A DNA stretch of 60,671 nucleotides from Candidatus Falkowbacteria bacterium (GTDB taxonomy: Bacteria; Patescibacteriota; Patescibacteriia; XYB2-FULL-38-15), in assembly GCA_016214745.1 (NCBI GenBank), contig JACRNW010000009.1, positions 1 to 60,671 on the forward strand. The letters are read 5' to 3'. The translations under genes and the position numbers were made by a program. The notes beneath the pieces are model-generated. The model worked only from the letters and a program-made list of their open reading frames with translations. It had not been told where the DNA came from and made no database searches. Positions 52,118 to 60,629 of the stretch are shown in pieces (within the stretch, counting starts at the first letter, position 1; every line of letters starts with the position of its first letter).

Positions 52118-52155
52118 AAAAAACTTCTCCTGCGTGCGCACGGAGAAGTTTTTTT
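52118..52155 (+). terminator. intrinsic terminator
   Basis: The sequence is AAAAAACTTCTCC-tgcgtgcgcac-GGAGAAGTTTTTTT. Confidence 0.7.
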
Positions 52156-52177
52156 ACTGAAAATTTTTCTTAAAAAA

Positions 52178-53449
52178 TTAAAACAAACTTTCCTGCTTTA
52201 TCTTTTTCTTTTCTTTATCATTAAAAAGTCTCACGGTCCCATAAACGCCGTCGTAACCCGGCTCAATTTTTACTTTTCCCTCGCGATTCCGGCGAATGGC
52301 TTCTACAATTTCAGGCAAGGTAATTTTGGCTAATTCTTCATAAGATAAATCCAAAAGCACCCGGAATTCACTGCCGCCTTTTGCGATTAAATTATCGTAC
52401 TCGCGCGTTACGGCCTTAGTCCGCCGGCCGAAAACTCCGAGCGCCTCGGCAATCGCATCATCCAAACCCACTAAACTTTTATAATCAATCGCGTTTCCCG
52501 GCCGCTCGCCTTCCGGACGATCTGCCAATTCTTCCACTCGGTTTAACACGCCGACAGTTACCGGCCGGCCGCAAACCGGACAAATCCCTTTTCGTTTTCG
52601 CGTCTCTTCCGGCGTCATTCTGATTTTGCAAGCTCGATGGCCGTCAAAATGATACATTCCCTCTTCGGGATAAAACTCAACTGTGTATAAAAATTTTTTC
52701 TTATCCTTCTCTTTAATAATCCGGCAAATTTCATCGTAAAAATTTTTCACGCCATCGCCAATTTCAAAAGCGTCTGCTTCTCTTCCGATATTTTCCGGCG
52801 AATGCGCGTCTGAATGAGAAACCAAAGTAATCTTGTCCAATTTTTTTAATCGCCAATTCATTGCCGGATCTGAAGAGAGCCCGGTTTCCACGGCATAAAT
52901 TTTTGGCGTAAGCTCATCAAAACATTCTTCAAGCGAGTCAAATCCTGATTTTGAACCAAACACCGCAAACCACGGCGTCCAAGCGTGCGCCGGAATTATC
53001 ATACATCGCTCATCAATTTCAAAAACAACCTCCGCAAGTTTTTTAGCATCCAATCCCAAAATTGGCCGGCCATCAGAAGCCAATTTTCCTAACGCTCCTA
53101 ATTTCTCGTTAATTTTCGCCGCAACCTCAAGCGTTGGTGCGAAAATTAAAATATGGAGGCGCCTGCACCGACCGCCTTTTGAATAAATACAACTTACCTC
53201 GGTAGAAATAAAAAAATAAACTGGCCGCGTAGCCTGTTCTTTATCTTCCGCCAATTCGTACAAACCGTTCGCCGCCAATTTTAATTTGCTTTTGAGTTCG
53301 GCAAACCACTTCGGGTGAGTGAAGTCGGCGCAAGAAACAATGTCCACGCCTTTTTTCCGGCACCAATCAACAATAATTTCCGGCACAAGGCGCGGCGAAC
53401 AAGCGCGAGAATATTTTGAGTGAATATGTAAATCGCTGATGTAGCGCAT
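52178..53449 (-). CDS. endonuclease Q-like PHP-domain protein
   Basis: It has the N-terminal DLHIHSKYSRACS motif, a PHP-type His/Asp pattern and a CPVCGRP zinc-knuckle. Confidence 0.6.
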   Translation of the reverse strand: MRYISDLHIHSKYSRACSPRLVPEIIVDWCRKKGVDIVSCADFTHPKWFAELKSKLKLAANGLYELAEDKEQATRPVYFFISTEVSCIYSKGGRCRRLHILIFAPTLEVAAKINEKLGALGKLASDGRPILGLDAKKLAEVVFEIDERCMIIPAHAWTPWFAVFGSKSGFDSLEECFDELTPKIYAVETGLSSDPAMNWRLKKLDKITLVSHSDAHSPENIGREADAFEIGDGVKNFYDEICRIIKEKDKKKFLYTVEFYPEEGMYHFDGHRACKIRMTPEETRKRKGICPVCGRPVTVGVLNRVEELADRPEGERPGNAIDYKSLVGLDDAIAEALGVFGRRTKAVTREYDNLIAKGGSEFRVLLDLSYEELAKITLPEIVEAIRRNREGKVKIEPGYDGVYGTVRLFNDKEKKKIKQESLF

Positions 53450-53459
53450 AAATGAATTT

Positions 53460-53510
53460 AAAGGATCCTAAAGATCTTAAAGATCTTAAAGATCGTAATG
53501 ATCCTCAGAA
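53460..53510. repeat. 9-bp-periodic array AAGGATCC TAAAGATCT TAAAGATCT TAAAGATCG TAATGATCC
   Basis: This is read directly between two minus-strand genes. It contains five GATC sites at 9-bp spacing. Confidence 0.9.
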
Positions 53511-53522
53511 TGGGCTGTTATC

Positions 53523-54260
53523 TTAAATTAAACTTTTTGCCAGACTTAACTGCTCCGGAGTATTAACTCCCACCGCCTCGGTCGGATTGTCGGTGACTAA
53601 AGTTTCTACTTTACAATTTTCTGAAATCGCAAGCTTAACTAAATCAGTCAAATAAAATTCTCCTTGAGCATTATCGCAATTAATTTTTGCTAGATTATCC
53701 CACAGCCACTCCGACTCAAAACAGAAAAAAGACGGATTAACTTCTGATATTTGTAATTGCTCCGGCGTGGCGTCTTTTTTTTCCACGATCGCAATAATTT
53801 CCCCTGACTCATTTCTCATAATCCGGCCAAAATCATAAAACACTTCGCGCCATTCATTAAAATCCGGCAAACGAAGCGTAGCTAAAGTAAGCACGGCTTG
53901 TTTTTTCTCATGCGCCGCGACAAGTTTTATTAAAGTCTCCGGCCGGAGAAACGGCGTATCGCCATTTACCACGACAACATTATCGGCGTCGTGCACAAAA
54001 TCTTTGGTGCAAGAAACAGCATGAGCCGTGCCCAACTGTTCCGCTTGCAAAACATAGCTGCATTTTGTCCCCACATATTTTTTAATAATTTCCGTGCCAT
54101 AACCAATAACAACCACTGGCCTCTTTGTCACGCCCGACTCCAAAACCGAGTCCACCACTCTTTCAATCATGGTTTTTCCGCCGACTTCCCGCAAAACTTT
54201 CGGCAAACCGGCGCCCATCCTTTTTCCTTTTCCAGCGGCTAAGATAACGACTTGAGTCAT
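53523..54260 (-). CDS. sugar-1-phosphate nucleotidyltransferase (GlmU N-terminal-domain-like, no acetyltransferase domain)
   Basis: It has the VILAAGKGKRM motif, and its 245-aa length fits. Confidence 0.8.
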   Translation of the reverse strand: MTQVVILAAGKGKRMGAGLPKVLREVGGKTMIERVVDSVLESGVTKRPVVVIGYGTEIIKKYVGTKCSYVLQAEQLGTAHAVSCTKDFVHDADNVVVVNGDTPFLRPETLIKLVAAHEKKQAVLTLATLRLPDFNEWREVFYDFGRIMRNESGEIIAIVEKKDATPEQLQISEVNPSFFCFESEWLWDNLAKINCDNAQGEFYLTDLVKLAISENCKVETLVTDNPTEAVGVNTPEQLSLAKSLI

Positions 54261-54336
54261 ATAATTTATTACAAAAAACTCTTTAAGGTAAGATTACCCG
54301 AATAAACCAATTTTTTCAAGATGCAAAAGGAAAAAC

Positions 54337-54370
54337 AAAAAGCCGTCCGCTGAATCGGCGGACGACTTTT
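54337..54370 (-). terminator. terminator of the rRNA unit
   Basis: The minus strand reads AAAAGTCGTCCGCC-gattca-GCGGACGGCTTTTT. Confidence 0.65.
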
Positions 54371-54386
54371 ACATTTTTAACTTGAA

Positions 54387-54495
54387 AACCCGGCACTGTC
54401 CTACTTTCCCCAAAGAGTATCATCGGGGCTGAGGTGCTTAACTTCTGTGTTCGGGATGGGAACAGGTGTGGCCACCTCGCTAGTAGCACCGGGAT
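54387..54495 (-). rRNA. rrf: 5S rRNA
   Basis: The reverse complement contains CCCATCCCGAACACAGAAGTTAAGC and paired CCCGGTG/CGCCGGG-like termini. Confidence 0.9.
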
Positions 54496-54665
54496 TTCAA
54501 GCTAAAAATGCTTGAAATTTTTTGTATGTTTGTATGTTTGAACAATTCTTGTGGTTAGAATCGACCTATTAGTACGGCTCGGCTCAAATCCTTACGGACC
54601 TTACACCTGCCGCCTATCAACCTTGTGTTCTTCAAGGGGTCTAAACGAAATTTAATCTTGAAACC

Positions 54666-54700
<35 letters not shown>

Positions 54701-54822
54701 TGCCGAACGTAGCTACCCAGCTATGCCCTTGGTAGGACAACTGGTACACTAGAGGTTCGTCCTTCCCGGTCCTCTCGTACTAGGGAAGAGTTTTCTCAAA
54801 TTTCCGCGCCCACGACAGATAG

Positions 54823-54874
<52 letters not shown>

Positions 54875-54887
54875 TGGCGAACAGCCA

Positions 54888-54957
<70 letters not shown>

Positions 54958-55671
54958 ATGGACTCTTGGGGGAGATCAGCCTGTTATCCCCGGAGTAGCT
55001 TTTATCCGTTGAGCTTCGACCATCCTATATTGGATCGTCGGATCACTAAGTTATGCTTTCGCAACTCAGCGACTTGTAAGTCTTTGAGTAAAGCTGGCTT
55101 GTGCCTTTACGCGTCCAGCCCGGTTTCCATCCGGGCTAAGCCAACCTTTGTAAACGCCTCCGTTACTTTTTAGGAGGCAACCGCCCCAGTTAAACTACCC
55201 ACCAGACACTGTCTCCCAAACCGGATTACGGTCTCGGATTAGAATTAAAATTAAACAAGGGTGGTGTCTCATTGGCGCCTTGCGGCTCCCACCTACGCTG
55301 AACATGTTTAGTCTTAATCCAATATCAAGTTGTAGTAAAGCTTCACGGGGTCTTTTCGTCTAGCCGTGGGTAAAGGGCATCTTCACCCCTCTTGCAATTT
55401 CACCGAGTCCCTCGTTAAGACAGTTCTCAAGTTGTTATGCCATTCGTGCGGGTCGGAACTCACCCGACAAGGGATTTCGCTACCTTAGGACGATTATAGT
55501 TATCGCCGGCGTTCATCAGCGCTTAAGTTCAAGGCTGCCCCGTCTTGCGACGGATGACCTCTCCCCTTAACGTTCTGACACTGGCCAGGCATCAGCCCCT
55601 ATACGTTGCCTTACGGCTTTGCAGGGACCTGTGTTTTTGGTAAACAGTCACTTGAGATATTTTTATTGCAA

Positions 55672-55802
55672 CCCCCCACATAACTTTCGATGCAAGTATT
55701 AAGATACTTGCCAAATCTTTGAAAGATTTTTCCGCGATTTATTCCGGAAACACTATAAATTTCACACTTTCTCTTTTCTTTTCTCGAAAGTTATGTGGGG
55801 GG
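55672..55802. repeat. CCCCCCACATAACTTTCGA ... TCGAAAGTTATGTGGGGGG hairpin expansion in 23S (helix 63 region)
   Basis: The 19-nt arms are perfect. The element lies between GGGATAAGCCTTG and TTGCAATAAAAATATCTCAAGTGACTGTTTACC on the rRNA strand. Confidence 0.8.
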
Positions 55803-57000
55803 CAAGGCTTATCCCGAAGTTACGCCTAGTTTTTTTGCTTAGTTCCTAAACGAGGGTTCTCTCGTACACCTTAGGCTTCCCGCCTTGTCCACCTGTGTCG
55901 GTTTACGGTACGGTCTCCGTATCTTTAGCGCCCATAAGATTTTCTAGGCCCCTACTTTGCAAGAATCGGCTCCACCTTGCGGCTTCACCTGCGAACCGTC
56001 CACGATAAATCGGAACGGCCCAAGCGCATAACCAAATCGCTCTCTTACCACATAGAAGCGCACTTACGGACAAAAATACGGAGGTGCAGGAATATTAACC
56101 TGCTCTTCCATCGGCTACGCCTTTCGGCCTCGCCTTAGGATCGACTAACCCTGGGTCGATTTGCGTTGCCCAGGAAACCTTAGACTATCGGTGCTCTGAG
56201 TTTTCATCAGAGTTTTTGTTACTTATGCCAACATTCTCACTTCTCAAGCCTCCACCGCTCCTTACGGATACGACTTCGCTGACTTGAGAAAGCTCCCCTA
56301 CCGCTCTCCGATAAATCGGAGAACCCGTGCCTTCGGTACCGAATTTAGTCCCGATTATTTTCGACGCAGAAAAACTCGACTAGTGAGCTGTTACGCTTTC
56401 TTTAAAGGATGGCTGCTTCTAAGCCAACCTCCTAGTTGTTTGAGTCTTTCCACCACCTTTAACACTTAATTCGGATTTAGGGACCTTAAGCGACGATCTG
56501 GGCTGTTTCCCTTTTGACTAGTGAAGCTTAGCCCTCACAGTCTGACTCCCGGACTAAAAACATAGTATTCGGAGTTTGATTGGTGCAATCGACTTTCGCC
56601 GAATTGAACCATTCAGTGCTCTACCCCTATATTGTATATCCGAGGCTAGCCCTACAGCTATTTCGGGGAGAACCAGCTATTACCGAGTTCGATTGGAATT
56701 TCACCTCTAGCCACAACTCATCCCCATGTGTTGCACAGCATGTGGGTTCGGGCCTCCAGTCCGATTTCTCGGACCTTCACCCTGGTCATGGCTAGCTCAC
56801 CCGGTTTCGGGTCTCGTGTGCGCGACAAACGCCCTATTAAGGCTCGCTTTCACTTCGGCTTCCTCTCCATGGGAGATTAACCAAGCCACGCACAGCAAAC
56901 TCGTTGGCTCATTCTTCAATAGGAACGCTGCAACCCTTGCGGGCCGCAACTCCTTGTAAGCGTATGGTTTCAGGTACTTTTCATCGGCCTAACCGGCCTG

Positions 57001-57037
<37 letters not shown>

Positions 57038-57400
57038 ATCACTAAAAAATATTTAGTCTTGGCACATAGTCGTGCCGGATTCCCACGGGATTTCACGAGG
57101 CCCGTGGTACTTAAGTCAATCACAGCAAGATTACAGCTCCTTTTGAGTACAGGACTTTCACCTTCTCTGGTCCCTGTTTCCACAGGAGTTCTTCTAGGAA
57201 AGCTGTCCCGATTGCTCGGGCTTTTCCCTTGCCTGTCTTATTGGGAAGACAACGCGACTGACTCGCGTATCCTTGTTAGCAACGGCCCAAACCTTTAATT
57301 AGCAGCGGCCGAGAAGTCTTGCGACCCCCCGACCATCCGCTAAAACACTAACAAGGTTTTCGACTTTTCCCCGTTCGCTCGCCACTACTTGGGGAATGGG

Positions 57401-57496
57401 CTAGTTAATAAGTTTATAAGTTCATCAGCCAGTAAATAAATACCGACCAACTTAAGTTCCGCAAAACGGAACGAAACTTATAAACTTAAAAACTAG
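57401..57496. repeat. AT-rich hairpin expansion in 23S domain I
   Basis: The arms are CTAGTTAATAAGTTTATAAGTT...AACTTATAAACTTAAAAACTAG. It is inserted between GGAAAAGAAACAAAG and ATTCCCCAAGTAGTGGCGAGCGAAC on the rRNA strand. Confidence 0.75.
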
Positions 57497-58250
57497 TCTT
57501 TGTTTCTTTTCCTCCGGTTACTGAGATGTTTCACTTCACCGGGTTGCCTTCGCTACCCTATGAATTCAGATAGCGATGATCCGATCTTCAATCGGACCGG
57601 GTTACCCCATTCGGAAATCTCCGGATCAAAGGTTGCTTGCCACCTCCCCGAAGCTTATCGCAGGCTACTACGTCCTTCATCGTTTTTTAGTGTCTAGGCA
57701 TCCACCATACGCCCTTATATCTAACCACAAGAATTGTTAAAACATACATTTTACAATTCTCATTTTTATGTTGGCTCTCTTTACTTTGTTGTTGGGTATA
57801 TAAGATGCTCTTTTATTCAATTGTTAATGAACAATTTTTTTCTGTTTCTCGCCTCTCGTTTTATTTAGAAACCAGAGGCGGGAGCAAAAAATAATTTTTT
57901 GAAAAAGGACTAAAAAACCGCTCTTTTCGAGCGGCTTGGTACGACCAAAAAATGGGTTAACCGCTCGGGAACTTAAAAGTTAAAACTTGTTTTACCATAT
58001 TTTGCCCAATATCAGAGGAAAATCGTCAGATGTAGTTCTGGATAAAATGTGGACAACTTCCTCTGTTTTCTTAGTACATTAGTATTTTAATACCATCTAA
58101 AAAAGCTGTCAACCCCGTTAGAAATCTGTTTAATATTTTACAAAGTTATTTTAAAAAGTCAAGCCGGGATTAATATTCTCAATCTGCACAAAAAAATTTT
58201 ATTTAAAATTTTTTCTCAAAGATTTCTAACGGGGTCAAGAGGATTTAAAT

Positions 58251-58324
58251 AAATACTCCGTGTTATCTGCGCTCGCTCGAAAATGAAATTAAAATTTCAT
58301 TTCTCTCACTCGCTTGATAATAAA
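58251..58324. repeat. copy 3 of the 3-copy conserved element
   Basis: The sequence is AAATACTCCGTGTTATCTGCGCTCGCTCG, then AAAATGAAATT-AA-AATTTCATTT, then CTCTCACTCGCTTGATAATAAA. Confidence 0.85.
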
Positions 58325-58369
58325 AAAGAACCGGCAGGATCGTCGCTTTCTAAGCAACTTTCCTGCCGG
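58322..58369 (-). terminator. intrinsic terminator of 58390..59325
   Basis: The minus strand reads CCGGCAGGA...TCCTGCCGG followed by TTCTTTTTT. Confidence 0.55.
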
Positions 58370-58389
58370 CGTTCTCTACCTCCTTCGGG

Positions 58390-59325
58390 CTATCCCCCGG
58401 CGCCGCACACCCGTCCGACGATCTCGCAAGCCGCAGGCTGGGTGAGCGTCTCGCGTGCGCCGAACATCGTGCCCGGAGCGCCCACCGGAGCCATGGCGGC
58501 AAGCCGACCGCTCAGCCACTTACGGATTGCTTGCGCCTGATCGGATTTGATGAAGCGCTTCGTGGCATCGATGCGTCCGATCGCCTCCGCGATCACCGAA
58601 AGCGCGTCTTCCCTCTGCCGACATGCCGTCTTCCACTTGCCCTCAAGCTCCTCGGCCCGCTTCTTCGCCTCGTCGCGCTCGGCCATGAGTCGCTTGATGT
58701 CCACGAGCATCACACTAGCCCGCAAGATCCACTCGTACACACGGTCGTCAATGAAGTAATACTCGCAGAAGTCGAGGGCGGTTCCGATGTCAGGCGTAAT
58801 CGAGTGGTTCTCGGCGTCAACGAGCGTCACGTGCGGAGAAAGGGCGTTCCGCCAAGGGTCCGATGGAAGCCTGACTTTCCAACCCTGAGCTTGGCCCACC
58901 TCGTTGAAGCGATGACGGTACACACAGCCCCAGGAGTTGAACCAACCGCCGAGCGGAACCTTGATGACCGGACACTTCAGGAAAACGGCGTACTCGTCCT
59001 CTTTCTCGCCACGCCGCGTGAATGAGACTTGGATCTTCTGCTCTTCGTCGCGCCAGTACCAGGCGTTGTAGCCCTTGACGTTCCGCCACCAGTAGTCGCG
59101 GAGCCATCTGATCGGGTGTCGAACACCGATGATCTCAGCCAACATCAGGATGGTTACAAGACCCAGGATGATGCCCCCGCGCATTACCCACTTCTCTTTG
59201 TCCAGGTCATAATGGACAATGACCCAGAGCACCGTCGCGCTCAGCAGGAACAGCAAAGGGAAAACCAACAACTTCAGCCCGCCCTTGGGAATCGGCCGAT
59301 ACTTCTGGACTTCCTGCAGATCCAT
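58390..59325 (-). CDS. membrane protein (311 aa; two N-terminal TM segments, Trp-rich region, C-terminal coiled coil), unknown family
   Basis: The start MDLQEVQKYRP is preceded by AAGGAGA. The ORF is GC-rich, and the longest ORF extends to 59397. Confidence 0.65.
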   Translation of the reverse strand: MDLQEVQKYRPIPKGGLKLLVFPLLFLLSATVLWVIVHYDLDKEKWVMRGGIILGLVTILMLAEIIGVRHPIRWLRDYWWRNVKGYNAWYWRDEEQKIQVSFTRRGEKEDEYAVFLKCPVIKVPLGGWFNSWGCVYRHRFNEVGQAQGWKVRLPSDPWRNALSPHVTLVDAENHSITPDIGTALDFCEYYFIDDRVYEWILRASVMLVDIKRLMAERDEAKKRAEELEGKWKTACRQREDALSVIAEAIGRIDATKRFIKSDQAQAIRKWLSGRLAAMAPVGAPGTMFGARETLTQPAACEIVGRVCGAGG

Positions 59326-59390
59326 GACTCGTTCTCCTTTCCGATCCCGACACTCTGGTCGTGGATGGGTGGCGCGGCGGGACAACCTTT

Positions 59391-59414
59391 CCCCCACTTA
59401 CTAGTAAGTGGGGG
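59391..59414. repeat. perfect 24-nt palindrome CCCCCACTTAC-TA-GTAAGTGGGGG
   Basis: It is identical to the stem sequence of the rnpB hairpins. It lies in the leader of 58390..59325. Confidence 0.9.
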
Positions 59415-59524
59415 ACTATTTGTCCGGACCGCCAAAGAGATATGCCAGGCCCATCCTGGCCACGTTTTTAATTTTTAATTTTGATAAAAAAGTCAAGGCC
59501 AAAATCCCCTGGCGCTTCGCGCTG

Positions 59525-59583
59525 CCCCCTTTGCAAAAGGGGGAAAAATTCTCTCCCTTTTCTAAAGGGAGAGTTAGAGAGGG
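59525..59583. repeat. G/C-rich palindromic elements CCCCCTTTGC-AAAAGGGGG and CTCTCCCTTT-tct-AAAGGGAGAG + TTAGAGAGGG
   Basis: This is read directly. The architecture matches 25957..26077 and 51504..51534. Confidence 0.7.
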
Positions 59584-59629
59584 ATTTTTGTTTTTTGTAT
59601 ATTTGTAATTAATTTGTAATTTGTAGAAT

Positions 59630-59661
59630 AAAAAAAGTGGGCCACCCCGAAGGTTTCCCAC
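59630..59661 (-). terminator. intrinsic terminator of the three-gene unit
   Basis: The minus strand reads GTGGGAAACC-ttcg-GGGTGGCCCAC followed by TTTTTTT. Confidence 0.55.
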
Positions 59662-59711
59662 TATGTCCCTCCCTCCTCGCTTTTTGATTGGCTCTAAGGC
59701 CAAGAGACTTA

Positions 59712-59921
59712 TTATTGCCGGCAGATCCACTTGCTCCTGACCCAGGCCAAGAGAGCCACGACTGCGAGCGCCACCGTGACGGCGAGGCCAAGGGCAAAGG
59801 CGATCTGGTCCTCTGCCCCAAGGATGAACGCGAAGACAATCGCAGCCACTCCTCCAAGAAGCGCGATAGTCGCGTCCTTCCCGCCCGCCGATCGTTCCTT
59901 CCAAAACCGGATGAACCCCAT
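59712..59921 (-). CDS. two-TM miniprotein (69 aa)
   Basis: GGGAGGA lies upstream. The TM segments are IALLGGVAAIVFAFILGA and FALGLAVTVALAVVALLAWV. Confidence 0.6.
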   Translation of the reverse strand: MGFIRFWKERSAGGKDATIALLGGVAAIVFAFILGAEDQIAFALGLAVTVALAVVALLAWVRSKWICRQ

Positions 59922-59955
59922 CAGCTGTCCTCCCTAACCATCACCGCGGGTTGCG

Positions 59956-60135
59956 TTACTCTTCGTAGCGCTTCTTCGCGTCGCGCCAAGCGAACACGAT
60001 CGCCGCCGTGATGAAGACGAGAAAGAGAACGACGAGCGGAATGCCGCCCGACAGCTCGAGCTTGACGCGCGGCAGACCGGCGGCGATACAAATCGCCGCG
60101 AGGACGAGACAGATCACCGACAGAACTTTTTCCAT
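59956..60135 (-). CDS. two-TM miniprotein (59 aa)
   Basis: AAGGAGGGG lies upstream. Its ATG overlaps the upstream TAA as TAATG. Confidence 0.6.
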   Translation of the reverse strand: MEKVLSVICLVLAAICIAAGLPRVKLELSGGIPLVVLFLVFITAAIVFAWRDAKKRYEE

Positions 60136-60434
60136 TACCCGCCCCTCCTTGCCCTCACGGCTCCCCAGTTCTGATCGCGCCAGTTCTTGAGCGCTTCGCC
60201 ATGCTCCCAAAACCGGAACAGAGCGATCATCACATGGGCGACTTGAGAATTCGAAACTCGCAAGATCGGATCGTCGATTGTTTTCTCGACGATATCCTCC
60301 AGTCGCAATCCTTGGTTGAGCTTCGCTTCCATCCGGTCTGCCCATCGTTCCGCGTAGTTCAGGAGACGAAGCTCGTATCTCCCGGAATTTGCCGCGCGAA
60401 ACCTCTGCCAGAACACCCCATCTTTCACTTTCAT
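60135..60434 (-). CDS. soluble 99-aa protein, unknown family
   Basis: AGAGGAGG lies upstream of the ATG. It is the first gene after the promoter at 60466..60494. Confidence 0.6.
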   Translation of the reverse strand: MKVKDGVFWQRFRAANSGRYELRLLNYAERWADRMEAKLNQGLRLEDIVEKTIDDPILRVSNSQVAHVMIALFRFWEHGEALKNWRDQNWGAVRARRGG

Positions 60435-60465
60435 CTCTTACCTCCTCTTACTCCGGTAATCAAAA

Positions 60466-60494
60466 ATGTTAATACTATTTTTATTAAAAGTCAA
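60466..60494 (-). promoter_or_regulatory. sigma70-like promoter TTGACT-N17-TAACAT (minus strand)
   Basis: The hexamers read on the reverse complement. Confidence 0.45.
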
Positions 60495-60503
60495 GAGACA
60501 AAC

Positions 60504-60534
60504 AAAAAACAGAAATTTTTAGTTTCTGTTTTTT
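60504..60534. terminator. bidirectional terminator
   Basis: The sequence is AAAAAACAGAAA-tttttag-TTTCTGTTTTTT. Confidence 0.65.
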
Positions 60535-60570
60535 GGTGCAGAAATATTAACCTTTGCGCGAACCTTTTTC

Positions 60571-60629
60571 CAATCGCGGAGCGATTGACTTTCCGCCAGA
60601 GGCGGACAGGCACACGCGCCGAGCGCGTG
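60571..60629. repeat. array of three GC hairpins including TCCGCC-aga-GGCGGA
   Basis: The hairpins are CAATCGC-gga-GCGATTG, TCCGCC-aga-GGCGGA and CACGCGC-cga-GCGCGTG. Confidence 0.5.

Noticed and set aside
51959-52141. 60-aa minus-strand ORF.
   Set aside because: It is antisense to a miniORF that has much better RBS and terminator context. Its translation is a poly-Phe/Leu mirror of the poly-Lys codons.
59416-59904. 162-aa minus-strand ORF and overlapping ORFs 59609..59857 and 59688..60011.
   Set aside because: They run through the terminator, the AT-rich spacer and the palindromic elements. The compact ORFs with ribosome-binding sites (59712..59921, 59956..60135) explain the region better.
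58322-60494. Prophage or integrative element call for the GC-rich island.
   Set aside because: There is no integrase, transposase, terminase, capsid or tail gene, and I could find no direct-repeat att sites. Only compositional and regulatory-module evidence exists, so it is reported as an island of unknown nature.
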